A stretch of 63,042 nt of DNA, counting the filler, from Globobulimina sp. (lineage: Eukaryota), in NCBI GenBank assembly GCA_003354225.1. It is 44 parts of 44 records of this genome, joined end to end, with 100 filler letters (N's around TTAATTAATTAA, not from the genome) between each part and the next. Parts side by side here need not be neighbours in the genome. Positions count along the whole stretch, not along the records: positions 47,368 to 48,702 come from PIVH01018472.1; positions 48,803 to 50,136 come from PIVH01018473.1; positions 50,237 to 51,570 come from PIVH01018474.1; positions 51,671 to 53,004 come from PIVH01018475.1; positions 53,105 to 54,438 come from PIVH01018476.1; positions 54,539 to 55,872 come from PIVH01018477.1; positions 55,973 to 57,306 come from PIVH01018478.1; positions 57,407 to 58,740 come from PIVH01018479.1; 36 more parts are not named here. One strand, written 5' to 3'. Made by a program: the position numbers and the translations under genes. Positions 47,873-60,367 of this stretch are shown one piece after another. Within the stretch, counting starts at the first letter, position 1; each line of letters begins with the position of its first letter. The notes beneath the pieces are model-generated. The model made no database searches. It was given only the letters and a program-made list of their open reading frames with translations, and had not been told where the DNA came from.

Positions 47873-48802
47873 ACCAACTAAATCTATTCAATTTTTATCC
47901 CATTCCGCGTAGTATTGCCTGTTATAATTAATTAAAGTTATTGATTGTTTGCATAAATTCTTATTTTCTAAGTGTATTCATTTTATTTGTTTACAATTTT
48001 CATTTACAGTTTTTTTGTGAAATTACTTAACAATTTCTTTTTATTCTTTTTATTAAGTTACTGTTTTAATTATCTATTATTTAATGTTATTCCTTTTTCT
48101 TTTTGCATTTATTTTCGTTTCATTTTGAGTTTTTGGTTCTTACGCGAACTTTAATTTAATTTATTTGAGGTCATTTTACTTCTCCTTGGGAAAAAAAAAT
48201 ATGTGAGTTATTGAATGAGTGTTAATTAGTACCGCAAATGATTTACCATCATAACATTTTCACTAAGTTTTAGTAAGATGCTACATGATTGAATGGTAAA
48301 TTCTCGACACCGCTTCACTTTGCGATCAACATATACAAAGTTTAGATATGTAGTTCATTTTTGACCAGTTTGTTGTAGTATTGACCAATCGCAATCATCA
48401 GTTTGTCAAAGGTTTGGGGAATAACAACATCGCATTTATTGAGAAATCTTCAACAAAACAACTTTTATTTCAAATTCTCATTCTAATTATAATTCTAATT
48501 CATTCTCTGCTTTATTTATTATTTATTATATATCGAATCGATATTGACATTATTTACACTGTTTCTTGACATTGTATACAGACAAAGCAGTATTTATATG
48601 TTTGTAAGACCTATTTTACACTAATTCGATGTTTATTTTAAGATTTATTTCGTGCTCATGGTGCTTTTCATGTTTACGGGTTATTTCTATGTTGATTCCT
48701 TTNNNNNNNNNNNNNNNNNNNNNNNNNNNNNNNNNNNNNNNNNNNNTTAATTAATTAANNNNNNNNNNNNNNNNNNNNNNNNNNNNNNNNNNNNNNNNNN
48801 NN

Positions 48803-49005
48803 GGAAAATAGGTTAATAATAAAATGTTAATGGTTCCCGATGAAACACAACCTTTAAGAATTCAATTTCGACTTTCAATGTTTTTATTTTGAATAATCTG
48901 TAAAAAACTGTAAATTCAAAGAGTTTACAGTAAAAACAGTGATTTCAAACTGAAAAGAAAAAAGTTAAATGTTACCTTTAACATTTTATTATTAACCTAT
49001 TTTCC
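48803..49005. mobile_element. MITE-like element with perfect 28-bp inverted repeats
   Basis: ggaaaataggttaataataaaatgttaa / ttaacattttattattaacctattttcc. Confidence 0.8.
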
Positions 49006-49137
49006 TTCCTTATTCTTTCATTTTTGGTAATTTTGGCAAATGGTTGTAATTTTGTTGACAACAAAGTGGATTTAAAAAAATAAATATACAAAAAAATTAA
49101 ATTAAATATTCGTAAAATATGAATGTGATTAACACAA

Positions 49138-49560
49138 TTAATTTATAGTAAAGAAAATAAAAATTGAATGTAAATAACAACTAATTTCTTTACAAATGGT
49201 CCAGCGGTTGCCGCTGGTTTCTAATTTTGATTTGTATTCATCAATTACATCATCATTATAATCTCTTTGCGGCATTGCTTTTGCATTTAATTTATTTTCA
49301 TCAAATATATCACCAAATATATCGTCAATTACATCTCTTTTCGGCATTGTTTTTGCGCCATCAACAATTTGAGTGTTTAATATTTTTCCTTTGTTTTTTT
49401 CATTATGTAAGGGCTTATCTCTCTGGATGGATATGCCAGGCATTTGTTGTTGAGATCCGGTGGTTTCTGCGGGCCTTTTGACGGCACCATATGGTGTGTG
49501 TGGTTTACGCAAACCAACCGCGCCCCAACGGGCTAATGGATTATAGGCACCATCAACATG
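49138..49560 (-). CDS. Hypothetical protein exon with internal AKxMPxRD repeat
   Basis: ORF with AKTMPKRD and AKAMPQRD. Confidence 0.4.
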   Translation of the reverse strand, partial: HVDGAYNPLARWGAVGLRKPHTPYGAVKRPAETTGSQQQMPGISIQRDKPLHNEKNKGKILNTQIVDGAKTMPKRDVIDDIFGDIFDENKLNAKAMPQRDYNDDVIDEYKSKLETSGNRWTICKEISCYLHSIFIFFTIN

Positions 49561-49894
49561 TACATGTTGCGTGTTTAATATTTTCCCTTTGTTTTTATCA
49601 TTCCCTATATATTCATATTAATATATATCAGATACAGTATAAATTGAGCATATATAATATAGAAAAAAAGCATGCCTGCAATGTTGTATTTTTCTCTTCG
49701 CTTTTGTTTGTTTTGTTTTTTTTTGTTTTTTTTCCCTATTAAACGGTGAAGATGTACTTGTTAAATAATGCAAAATATTTTTTTTACATACCATGTTGAA
49801 TTTTTTTCTGATTTTTTTTAGCTTGCTTCTTTTTTTGTAATTTTTTTAGCATTCGTTCCTTTCGCTATTTATATTATATCATATTATATTTATA

Positions 49895-50011
49895 TACTTT
49901 CGCTGTAGATTGGTTTTTAGAGGGATTAGTTTTTAGATGTTTTAGATCCTATGTATTTTTATCGCCATCTCCCTGCACAAATAATCTTAAAACCAATCTA
50001 CAGGGAAAGTA
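49895..50011. mobile_element. MITE-like element, 23-bp inverted repeats with TA ends
   Basis: tactttcgctgtagattggtttt / aaaaccaatctacagggaaagta (one mismatch). Confidence 0.75.
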
Positions 50012-50528
50012 CCAGACATAGTTGGTAATTATACCTGATTTAACGATCCAGGTCGACCTGAATTATCACCGGAGAATAATATATGTTCCAATCTCTGTTT
50101 ATCCATTTTATCTTTATATTGCAATTGTTTTTTATTNNNNNNNNNNNNNNNNNNNNNNNNNNNNNNNNNNNNNNNNNNNNTTAATTAATTAANNNNNNNN
50201 NNNNNNNNNNNNNNNNNNNNNNNNNNNNNNNNNNNNGTGTTTATGTTATTTGAATGTTATTTAACAGTACATATTACCAAATTTCGCAAAAAATATCGCT
50301 AATCTTTTTTTTGCATGGAGATGGTGATTCTGGATGGTGAAGTTTCGAAAGTACCTGTCCCCGGTCGTTTGAGGCAGTCTAAAGGGTACCACGTGATTTG
50401 CCAGCAAAAATAATGGTTTGTTTCAGCCCTCAGATCTGTCATAGTTCCAATACAGAAGGCCCTAGAAACAGATTCCCGAATTCCTGCAAGTACAGGTTAT
50501 ATACTATATGTCATATATGCAGTAAAAC

Positions 50529-50999
50529 CTGTGTTAAAATGGTTGCAAGGTCAGTCCCAAAATCTGCCATACATTTGTGTCGTGCTGCAGCATACCCTCC
50601 GCATGAAGTTGTTGCAATATATTGTCTAATACCACTGCATAAGAATGGTCTTAAAGTGCCACATGATATGTTATGATCAGCAGCAAACTCATCGCCACCA
50701 CGATATAATACACAATAATTATTATATGCATTACATTTTGGTTGATGGACTCCAATCTTTTCATAGGTCCACCATCCTACTGCAGTTGTGCCAGATAAAT
50801 CAACATATGGGGCGTCATTTGAACCAATTGCAGTATTCGCATTTGCGCGGTCTTCTGCAGTAATAATTGTAGCAAGATTTAATCCTTGAGATTCACAAAA
50901 TGATCGCGCATCATCATAAGTTTTAACTTCTGAATGGTATTCCCAAACGATTTTACTTTGTACTGCTAAAATTAATGACAGATAAATTAAGCAACCCAT
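50529..50999 (-). CDS. Secreted C-type lectin-like protein, first exon; downstream part looks disrupted
   Basis: Signal peptide, TYDDARSFC..LATI, CV..C..RPFLC, second repeat C..TDLATI; intron 50484-50528. Confidence 0.75.
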
Positions 51000-51046
51000 A
51001 ATCTTCAAAAAAGTTTTTTCTGCTACACATTTTTGGGTTCTTAATA

Positions 51047-51376
51047 ATGTCAGATTCTGAGTCCAAAGATGATGACAAAGAAGATGATGATGAATTTGAA
51101 GATTATCCACCAATTATCATCGATAATGGTGGTGGCTCAATGAAATCTGGCTTTAGTTCATTAACAAACGATTTCCCCGAATCAGTCTTATCCACAATCG
51201 TAGGACACTCACTAATAAATGATGCATCTGAATACAGTTCAACCTATGTCGGTGAGGAAGCCATTTTAAAAGGATCGAAAAAATTATCATTAAAACGCCC
51301 CATCAAATCTGGTCGGGTCACCAACTGGGAGGACATGACCACTATTTGGAAGTATATATTTGAACCTCAAGGGTAG
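51047..51376 (+). CDS. Actin-related protein N-terminus, truncated or chimeric
   Basis: IIIDNGGGSMKSGF..YVGEEA..LKRPIKSGRVTNWEDMTTIWKYIF. Confidence 0.85.
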   Translation: MSDSESKDDDKEDDDEFEDYPPIIIDNGGGSMKSGFSSLTNDFPESVLSTIVGHSLINDASEYSSTYVGEEAILKGSKKLSLKRPIKSGRVTNWEDMTTIWKYIFEPQG

Positions 51377-51670
51377 GGAGAGGAATGGTATCGTTGAGCC
51401 GGGGGCTGAAGCTTATTTGGAAATGCAGAAGGATCGTCGATTATCTAGTATGAGGTCTCAATTAAATGAATGGGGATTTTCTGCTATGAAATCTTTTGTA
51501 AATTGAGTGTGCTCAGTAATAATTTCTTGAGAACGAATTTGTAAAGAATCTTTTACTTTATTTATTTCTGNNNNNNNNNNNNNNNNNNNNNNNNNNNNNN
51601 NNNNNNNNNNNNNNTTAATTAATTAANNNNNNNNNNNNNNNNNNNNNNNNNNNNNNNNNNNNNNNNNNNN

Positions 51671-52951
51671 TATTAAATGTGTTATATATGACATATTCCA
51701 TGATAGCGATTCGACCAATTCTTTATCCAATTTCTTCATATTTTTACATAACATATTGAAGAAAAAATCAAATATGCGAAAAAATGCGTGTTTACTCGCT
51801 GCATTTAATTTGTTACCAATCCATTGGTTGTAATCATTTTCGTATTTATCTTTGGAGCATAATAAACTAATCAATAAATCATAAAAACGAATAAATGTGT
51901 TATCCACAATTTGTTTATATTCAGCATATTCATACAGCAACAGCCATTTTTCGCAGATTGGTACGATTTTTATTAGTATCTTTTCTAAGATTTGAAATGC
52001 ACGCAAATCAATGGAATTATTCTTTAAATCATTATATATTTTGCCAATAATTTCTTTCAACATACACTCACTAATTTTTATTAAATCATCGACAAATTTC
52101 AATGTTTTTTTATCGGTAACACAAAAATCGATGATGTTATAAATGTTTTCCAGAATAGATACAAGAATCACCACATAATTTTGTGATTCGCTGCGCTTTT
52201 TTTTCCATAACTCCGCAAAATTGCAACCGGCATTGTCGTCTTTTAAAAAGTAATTGCAAATTGCATCAAATATTACATCGGTATCGGAATTCACGTGCAC
52301 TGCGCCAACCATTTTATTGATTTTAATCAATATATCATTCATTACAATTAATATATCTTCTAAACTCGTATAAATTAAATGGAAAAAATGCTTGGATAAT
52401 GCATTTAAAATTGATTTTATGTCATTATCCTCAAAGATATCTTTATTCGACCCATTCATGAATGTATTAAATCTGTCGATATCAGTACGAAATTTGTCAT
52501 TTATTTTCAATTGTTTTGGTATTTTATCCTCGCCGCAATGCAATAATATCCACACTAAACCACAACATGTGTGATTTAATAATGATAGTAAATAAAATAT
52601 TTGTTGCCGACAATAATTATAAATCAATTTATCATTTTTAAATACATGAAATGCAGCAAAATTATCAGTACTTGTTTTATTTATTAAATGCATAAATTTT
52701 GTAATTAAATCCATCAAAACGACAATAGCTCGGCAACTGATTTCTAGTTCAAATGGTTTAAATAATTCAATATCTTCTCGATCGTCTTCCTGTTCTTTTT
52801 CTTCTCGTTTTGATACATTTTCATACATTTTGGCAGTTAATGACATAATAATTTCATGTGATTCTAATGTTTCTTCATTTATTTTAAATTTACCATTTAT
52901 CATTAACCATTTCTCAATGAACTGAATAATTTCAATAATGGAACCACGCAA
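51671..52951 (-). CDS. Hypothetical alpha-helical protein (partial)
   Basis: Over 420-aa open frame in AT-rich DNA. Confidence 0.6.
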
Positions 52952-53111
52952 ATAAATAAATTGTATATATGTGGATAGTATGAGATTAATATCGATATCG
53001 CTCTNNNNNNNNNNNNNNNNNNNNNNNNNNNNNNNNNNNNNNNNNNNNTTAATTAATTAANNNNNNNNNNNNNNNNNNNNNNNNNNNNNNNNNNNNNNNN
53101 NNNNGGCGATT

Positions 53112-53203
53112 TTTAGATTACTTTAAATCGGTTTCATATGAATTTAATACTTAATTGGGTTAAATTCATTAACAGAAAACCGATTTAAAGTTGGCAATCT
53201 AAA
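53112..53203. repeat. Foldback palindrome
   Basis: tttagatt..actttaaatcggttt..atgaatttaa / ttaaattcat..aaaccgatttaaagt..aatctaaa. Confidence 0.75.
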
Positions 53204-53451
53204 GCGTGAGTGCCCTTAAACTGAAGTTTTTGTATTGCCTCTTAGAAAAACGTTAGTTGGCATGAGTCTAATATAAAAATGATTTTCGTTTAAAATATAA
53301 ACTAAATTACAATTTTTACATTGATAATTTTCAATATCTTGTTTTAATGCATCACTTACTGTGAATACTGTCATACTCTTGTAATTGTATAAATTATTTT
53401 AATTTATAATTATTATTATTTTTATCGCCAACATATTGAATCATATCTGGT

Positions 53452-53976
53452 CAAAGGAGGTCGAAGAAAGTTTTTTGAATATATCATATCAATATTGATA
53501 ATATTTTCTGTGAGGCACGCAGGCATTGCCAAAAAAAGTTTATTTTGCTGTTTTTGAAATTATTAGGCGGGCAGGCAAGCACTTTAGTACTAAAAAAAGT
53601 TTTTTGGTGAATCATGACAATTCATGTCTGACAAGCCAAGTAAAAATGATGGAGAAGAAATCTGGGAATGTGAATGTGGAAAACAAATAAAAAAATCAAA
53701 TGGAGGCAGATCGATATGGTTCAAGGAAAAGAAAGAGAGATGAAAGTGATAATAATGGTGGACCAAATAACAAGAAACGAAGACTTGAATAATCATAATA
53801 AAAGCAATTGACATCTCGTAAATATTTCTTGCAAAAAAAAGTTTTTCACTACAACTTCACAAAAATTTAGGCAAAAGGCACTGTAAAAAAAAGTTTTTTT
53901 AGAACAATGACTTTTCGTGAGGCAGGCAGGCAACTGCCACATGATATATTCAAAAAACTTTCTCCGACCTCCTTTG
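53452..53976. mobile_element. Non-autonomous DNA transposon with 36-bp TIRs and possible transposase remnants
   Basis: caaaggaggtcgaagaaagttttttgaatatatcat and its reverse complement (one mismatch); subterminal GAGGCAxGCAGGCA motifs. Confidence 0.8.
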
Positions 53977-54550
53977 TACGGCTGGATGTTGCCGATCTCC
54001 ATTCATAAGTTATTGTTTTTGGACCTGTCGGAATAGAGAGCACCTATTTTATATGTGATTCCAAACGAACATACGACATTTCCAATTATTGTGAAATTTA
54101 ATGGGTAATTTGAAGGATTAGAAAATATTAAAGCAACATCAATTAAAGCATGCTCTACAATGTTTACACTTTGTGATACTTGCAACTCACAAGATGTATG
54201 ATTAAAATTGAAAGCTGTTGGAACTGGAGAATAATTCCAAATTAATGTCGGGTCACATAATAGATTATATGAGTACGAATTCGATACTTGTTTATTGCAG
54301 AATATTATATATAGAGCAAGAATTGCAGAATTTAAAGATAATAAAAACGTTATTAATTGTACCTAACAATAGCAGTGCAAATAACTGTGGTGGAATATGC
54401 GAAATCATTATTTAACTTGGTTGGATGAGGCCATCGCGNNNNNNNNNNNNNNNNNNNNNNNNNNNNNNNNNNNNNNNNNNNNTTAATTAATTAANNNNNN
54501 NNNNNNNNNNNNNNNNNNNNNNNNNNNNNNNNNNNNNNTTTGAACATTTA

Positions 54551-55872
54551 TCACAATGTCTGTGTCAATGTCAATTTAAGACAAGAATTGGAATCAATTT
54601 TATTATTAAATAATATTACTACAAAATCATTGGATTTATCAACTAATTTATCCACTCGGAAATGTTCCATGTTTACAATTTCATGCTTCCCGTTGTTCCG
54701 TTTATTGATGTAATCCATGCGGAATTTGTTATATTCAGAGGTGGATATTTTAAATTTCTTCTCTTGCTCTTTGGCGATAATATACGCTTCATTGATTTTG
54801 TCCGATTCCGAGTATGTTTTTGCGATCCTTTCGGACATATTAGTCAATATATTATGTTTTTTATTCACATCTTTCGGTTTATATTTCTCATTTTGTTTCT
54901 GCATTTCGTGCCGTTGCCGGACAATAATTACCTTTTCCGCAGAGGATTTATGCATTTTGCGTTGTTTCTCAACATCATGCTTCAAATCGGATAGCTTCTT
55001 ATCTTGCACCTTGCTCAAATGATAGATTTCTTTATATTTCTCATCACATTGCCTCTCTAACTCGGATATCATCGGCAAACACGAGATTTGAATGAATTTT
55101 GCAAATTCGGCGCTTTGTTTGACAGTCTCTTCCAATAAGCTATGGATTAAAGATATGGCGTAGAAAAAATTAGGCATTGTGTCGAGTTTAGCATAGCGGT
55201 TTTTTGATTTTTTAAATAATTTCAAGAAATTCGCACATTGAGTCTGCTGCTGTTTGCCAAATGTTGCCAACGCGCCATGGAAATATTTTAAACATTCAGA
55301 GCCTTCGTGCATACAACCTAACAATGTCTCCATATTACATTTATCAATCTCATGCAATGTGTGCTCAGAAAAACCTGTCAAAAAAAAACATTCAAGGTTT
55401 TTTCTAGTGAAAGCATGGCAAATCCAGCTAAGTCACTTTACAAACAAAGATCACGTTAAGTACACGATCTTTGTTCTAAAGTGACTGCATGCTTTTGCTA
55501 GAAAAAAAACGGTTAATTGCAACAGAAATTAACCTGCAATATTTTTATATTGCCTCTGCGGATCAGCCTGACTATGAGTAGTCGCATCGCGCCTCGCTTG
55601 TTTTCCAGGCGCAGGAGGTGGCCGCCCCGGTCTGCCCTTATTGCTATTGCTTTTTGTGTCATCGTCGTTGCTCATATACAATTTAGCGTGCGGGTGATTC
55701 CTCCATCGGGATACCTTTTGTTTTGGCGCAGAATCACTACTGATACTCCTGTCCGTAGGCACAGTCTGTGGCGTTGTGGGCACTAAAGGCGGCGATTTAG
55801 ATTTGACAGTGTATGACTTTGATTTTGATTTTGCCATTATTTGGGATAAGGCGGTGTGTTGCAATGATGCGC
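54551..55872 (-). CDS. F-BAR/FCH-like protein; intron 55375-55533
   Basis: Spliced KNIA|GFSEH; long helical FCH-like pattern followed by coiled coil. Confidence 0.65.
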
Positions 55873-56100
55873 NNNNNNNNNNNNNNNNNNNNNNNNNNNN
55901 NNNNNNNNNNNNNNNNTTAATTAATTAANNNNNNNNNNNNNNNNNNNNNNNNNNNNNNNNNNNNNNNNNNNNTTAGTAATATCGAGGGCCAAGATACAGT
56001 TTTTTCCGCTTCAACCACTCATTCAAATTCTGAATTGTTGCTTCAATTATTTGATGTCCTTTTGTGTTAATGTTGGTATCTCTTGATTTTAAATACAAAC

Positions 56101-57306
56101 TTAATTTTTTGGCAACTTTATGATAATTTTTAAATTCATTTTGAATATACGTTTACGTTTGTTTTTCTTTACAAATTTCATAATATCTTTGCATGCCATT
56201 TCAATGGGATATTGTTTAAATTTTGCATTTGCCAACAAAACGTTAAAAACAAGATTAATCGATATCCATTCTCTTGTTAAGCTGAAATATAATAATCCTT
56301 CCATATTCACATTTGAATTCGATAAAATATATTCAATCGCTGTCAAACAATCTAATTCAATATCTCTATCACAATCGCGTAACAATCTTGATATCAATTT
56401 GGTTATTATCTGATTTATCTCACAATTATCATCAATATAAATTGGTATTTCTGCATTGTTACCAACTTCATGATCAACAGCATTCCATGAATAGTTGATA
56501 TCAAAAGTTGCTGGATACACTGATTGAGCATGTCTTAAAAATGCAATTAAATAATTATTATCAGATTCTTTATAATTCCTGAATTTACGCCCAACGAATC
56601 CAAATAGAAAATAGTAATATTGTTGAAGTGTTGGTGGATAAATCACAAACAATCGGAATAAATATTCCAAATCGGCATGATCCTCCAAGAGAAACATCAC
56701 TATGACTTCATAACAATACTTATCAATTATAGTTTTCGCAAATTCTGCATTGTTGAATCTTTCATCAAAAATTCTGTTGAATATACCATTATCCTTCATC
56801 GATATTTGGCCGATCCAATTGAAAAATTCAAATATGTTTATCATTAATTCGTTTTCGAGATAAAACGTTTCATCATAAAACTCATATTTATCGCAAACAA
56901 ATAAATATGATACAATAATATCAGTTATATCTTTCAGTACAATATTTTCATAAATTATATCAAACATTTTAGCTTTGGCTTCATTCAAATATGGAAACAT
57001 AATCAATGGACTGCACATCACTGCTTTATCAAACGTATCATATCCCTCAGATAATAAATCTGTAAAATATGTATGAAACAGGTTTCTATCCAAATCATAA
57101 CAATCGTCGACGTCAGACTTTTCATCCTGTTTTGTGATAGTAATAGAAAAAAGTGCTATTCCATGAAAGAATAATCTTTGAATAATGTTGGTTTTATTTG
57201 CTATGAAGCAGTTCGACTGAAAGCCAACATACATAGAATAAGAGCACGAAGCAAACATATTGTGATACCGCCAACGTCCATTTTGCATTCGTCGCAGCTG
57301 AATGAA
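56101..57306 (-). CDS. Hypothetical protein
   Basis: 395-aa ORF; contains KDITDIIVSYL half-box. Confidence 0.55.
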   Translation of the reverse strand, partial: FIQLRRMQNGRWRYHNMFASCSYSMYVGFQSNCFIANKTNIIQRLFFHGIALFSITITKQDEKSDVDDCYDLDRNLFHTYFTDLLSEGYDTFDKAVMCSPLIMFPYLNEAKAKMFDIIYENIVLKDITDIIVSYLFVCDKYEFYDETFYLENELMINIFEFFNWIGQISMKDNGIFNRIFDERFNNAEFAKTIIDKYCYEVIVMFLLEDHADLEYLFRLFVIYPPTLQQYYYFLFGFVGRKFRNYKESDNNYLIAFLRHAQSVYPATFDINYSWNAVDHEVGNNAEIPIYIDDNCEINQIITKLISRLLRDCDRDIELDCLTAIEYILSNSNVNMEGLLYFSLTREWISINLVFNVLLANAKFKQYPIEMACKDIMKFVKKNKRKRIFKMNLKIIIKLPKN

Positions 57307-57406
57307 NNNNNNNNNNNNNNNNNNNNNNNNNNNNNNNNNNNNNNNNNNNNTTAATTAATTAANNNNNNNNNNNNNNNNNNNNNNNNNNNNNNNNNNNNNN
57401 NNNNNN

Positions 57407-58103
57407 ACCGGATTTCTTTGAGGGTGGATTCTTACAAATATTGTACATGCCCGATATACTCATCACAAACAATAAAAACGATCCAAAACTACCGCCAACG
57501 AGTATTTGTTTGGAGGGTAATTGTGGTTCCATTATAAAGTGATCCATTATCCATAATATAAAGCGTAAAAATATCATTATTCGATACGAATAATTTACAA
57601 CGACATTGACGACAACTGGCTTATTATCATTCTCTTCTATATCATCAATATAATTCATTATATCATTCTCGTTTTCATTATTTGCTGCATGTTGATACGG
57701 TGAGGGGTATATATGTACCGGTGATGGATAAAAATGAGGTTTTTTATTGTCATTGTTTTGTTTTTTGTTTTCTTCAGCGATTTGGCCATTGGATACGCGC
57801 TCGTTTCTAAGGGATTGGATTGCTGTTTTTAATCTTATCTTAAGATGTGGTTTATTATTTAATTCAAGACAGGCATCGCCGCATAAATCATCAAATTCTG
57901 GATGCTGTACATTAATGGTTGTAAGATGGTCAATATATAAATTTAAAGCTTTTAGTTGATCATATATTATTAATAAATTGTTATCTAATAAAAACGTGTA
58001 TAATTCTTGTTCTTCTTCATTTGCATATGCGTATGCATATGGATTATCATTTTCACCTTCAACGGGCAGAGTTTGTATTGAACCTTCTTCTTCTAAAAGC
58101 ATG
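57407..58103 (-). CDS. SAM-like domain protein with C-terminal TM segments (3' partial)
   Basis: LYTFLLDNNL..YDQL..L..DDLC..KIRLKTAIQSL. Confidence 0.55.
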
Positions 58104-58227
58104 GTTTCATTAACTAAATGAACAAAAATGAGACACAAATGTTCGCAAAACAAATAAAAACCACAGTTAGTAGTGGAACAATTCAGGTAAAAACACGTGC
58201 AACGAAATATAATTTAAAGAGATTTAA

Positions 58228-58740
58228 TTAATAAGACCATGATTCAGCTAATATCGGAGAGGGTGAATATTCTCTTCCACATACTATGCTATTTGCAATT
58301 GATTGACTGACAGCATTGGCACTTTCTGATAATGGTTTATTTTTTTCCTTTTTATCAGATGCATTTCCTGTGCCTGATTCATCATTTTTTTTAGTTAAAG
58401 CTATTCGTTGTACTCCATCTATTTCATCAATAATGGCACAACAAAAGTCGTTCCCGAACAGCAATTGTTTTGTGCTCCGTGCTATTAATACTTCACATTC
58501 GTCCGGGAATTTGGATATCCATGAAACATCACAACAATTTGTCCATCGGCCTTCCCGATAACTTTCATCAATTTCAATAATCATTCCTTTATCTCCTGTA
58601 AATGTGGACGATACTTCTTTAACCCATGTGGTAGACACATATGTTACAAAATATCCATTCCGAATATTGCGTTGAGTCAATTTAACATTACTTAATCCTG
58701 AATATAATTTATATGATCCCGTTTCTTTGTCGCCCAATTT
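58228..58740 (-). CDS. ARTC-like mono-ADP-ribosyltransferase catalytic domain (5' partial)
   Basis: LYSG..YVSTT..KEVS..F..GMIIEI..DVSWISKFPDECEVL. Confidence 0.75.
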   Translation of the reverse strand, partial: KLGDKETGSYKLYSGLSNVKLTQRNIRNGYFVTYVSTTWVKEVSSTFTGDKGMIIEIDESYREGRWTNCCDVSWISKFPDECEVLIARSTKQLLFGNDFCCAIIDEIDGVQRIALTKKNDESGTGNASDKKEKNKPLSESANAVSQSIANSIVCGREYSPSPILAESWSY

Positions 58741-58840
58741 NNNNNNNNNNNNNNNNNNNNNNNNNNNNNNNNNNNNNNNNNNNNTTAATTAATTAANNNN
58801 NNNNNNNNNNNNNNNNNNNNNNNNNNNNNNNNNNNNNNNN

Positions 58841-60042
58841 GCTGCCACTGCCATCGTGCCGACTTATTTGGGCGAGATAGCTCCGGCGAAGATCCGGGGC
58901 GCCATTGGGACGTCCAACCAATTGACGATCTGCTTTGGTGTGGTGGTGGTGGAGTTGATTGGCTACAAACACATTTTAGGCGGCGGCGACTCGTGGCAGT
59001 ATTTGTTTGTCGGCAATGCGCTGCCGGTGGTCCAGCTGCTGACTGTGTGGACCTTCCCGGAGTCGCCCAAATGGCTGGTCCAGAAAGGGAGGGACTCGGA
59101 GGCTCGGAGTGCGTTACAACGGCTGAGGTATGCATTTGTTATATATAGTTATCTGACGATGGAATATGGTGATTTGTGTGCTATTTAAATAGAGAGATTA
59201 CTGACGTTCGCGTTGATATGATGCTGATGAAAGGCGGCGTGTTGCAGCAAAATGAGTTTTATTCACCGCACGTTTCACCGAAAAGGAGCAAGTCCAAAAA
59301 TAAAAGCCTGATCGAGCCGTTGTTGAGCGAGCAAATCGTAAACCAGCAACCGAGAGTGGTCTCGCATGTCTCATTGAACCAGCCAGTGTCTGTCGGGCGC
59401 TTTGGAATGACGGCGGAAATGTGGAAAGCAGTGCGGTGGGCCACCTTCATTGCCATCGTGTTGATGTTGATGCAGCAGTTCAGCGGCATCAATGCGGTGT
59501 TCTATTATTCCGCCACCATTCTGGACAATGCGGGGATCACATCGGACGAAGCAGTGTGGTTAGGTTCGTCGGGCATATCGGTGGCGAACTTCTTTGCTGT
59601 TTTCATTGCGGTGTTTAGCATCGACAGAGTTGGCAGGAAGTTGTTGTTGATTCTGTCCTGCATTGTGATGGCCAGCGCTTCCGTGTTGGTTTCCGTTGCG
59701 ATCATGTTGGAGTCGCATGGCACATTTTGGCAGTATTCGTCGATTGCCTTTTTGGTGCTGTTTGTGATTGGATTCGAGATTGGTTTGGGTGCGATTCCGT
59801 GGCTCATGATGGCGGAGTTGGCGCCCATGCGGTATCGAGGCGTGATTGTGGCGATTGCGACTGCCAGCAATTGGGCCTCCAATTTGTTGATTGCGCAGTT
59901 TTCGGGGCCCATTATTAAACTCTTTTATTTCTATCCATTTGCGCTCGTCTGCTTTTTGGGCGTCTTGTTCACTGTGAAATTTATACCAGAAACAAACGGC
60001 AAAACTGCCCAAGAAATACAAAAAGAATTGCAAAATATGTGA
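58841..60042 (+). CDS. Sugar porter (GLUT/SLC2-like MFS); intron 59128-59192
   Basis: YLGEIAP..RGAIG, PESPKWL, QQFSGINAVFYY, DRVGRK, GAIPWL, PETNGK. Confidence 0.95.
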
Positions 60043-60367
60043 CTGCTGACTGCTGACTGCTGACAGACTTGTATACGTTGTATTATATTACTTTTAATAT
60101 TAAATTGTAAGTGTAAATTAAATATTCACTTTTTAACACAATACCGGCAAAAAATCCGAACTTACCCGAACAATNNNNNNNNNNNNNNNNNNNNNNNNNN
60201 NNNNNNNNNNNNNNNNNNTTAATTAATTAANNNNNNNNNNNNNNNNNNNNNNNNNNNNNNNNNNNNNNNNNNNNAATTCCATGTTTCCCAGATTGAGCAT
60301 AAAAGAAAAAAAAACAAAAATAAATTTGATTCATCATTAAATAGAGAATAATAAAATAATATGAGTG

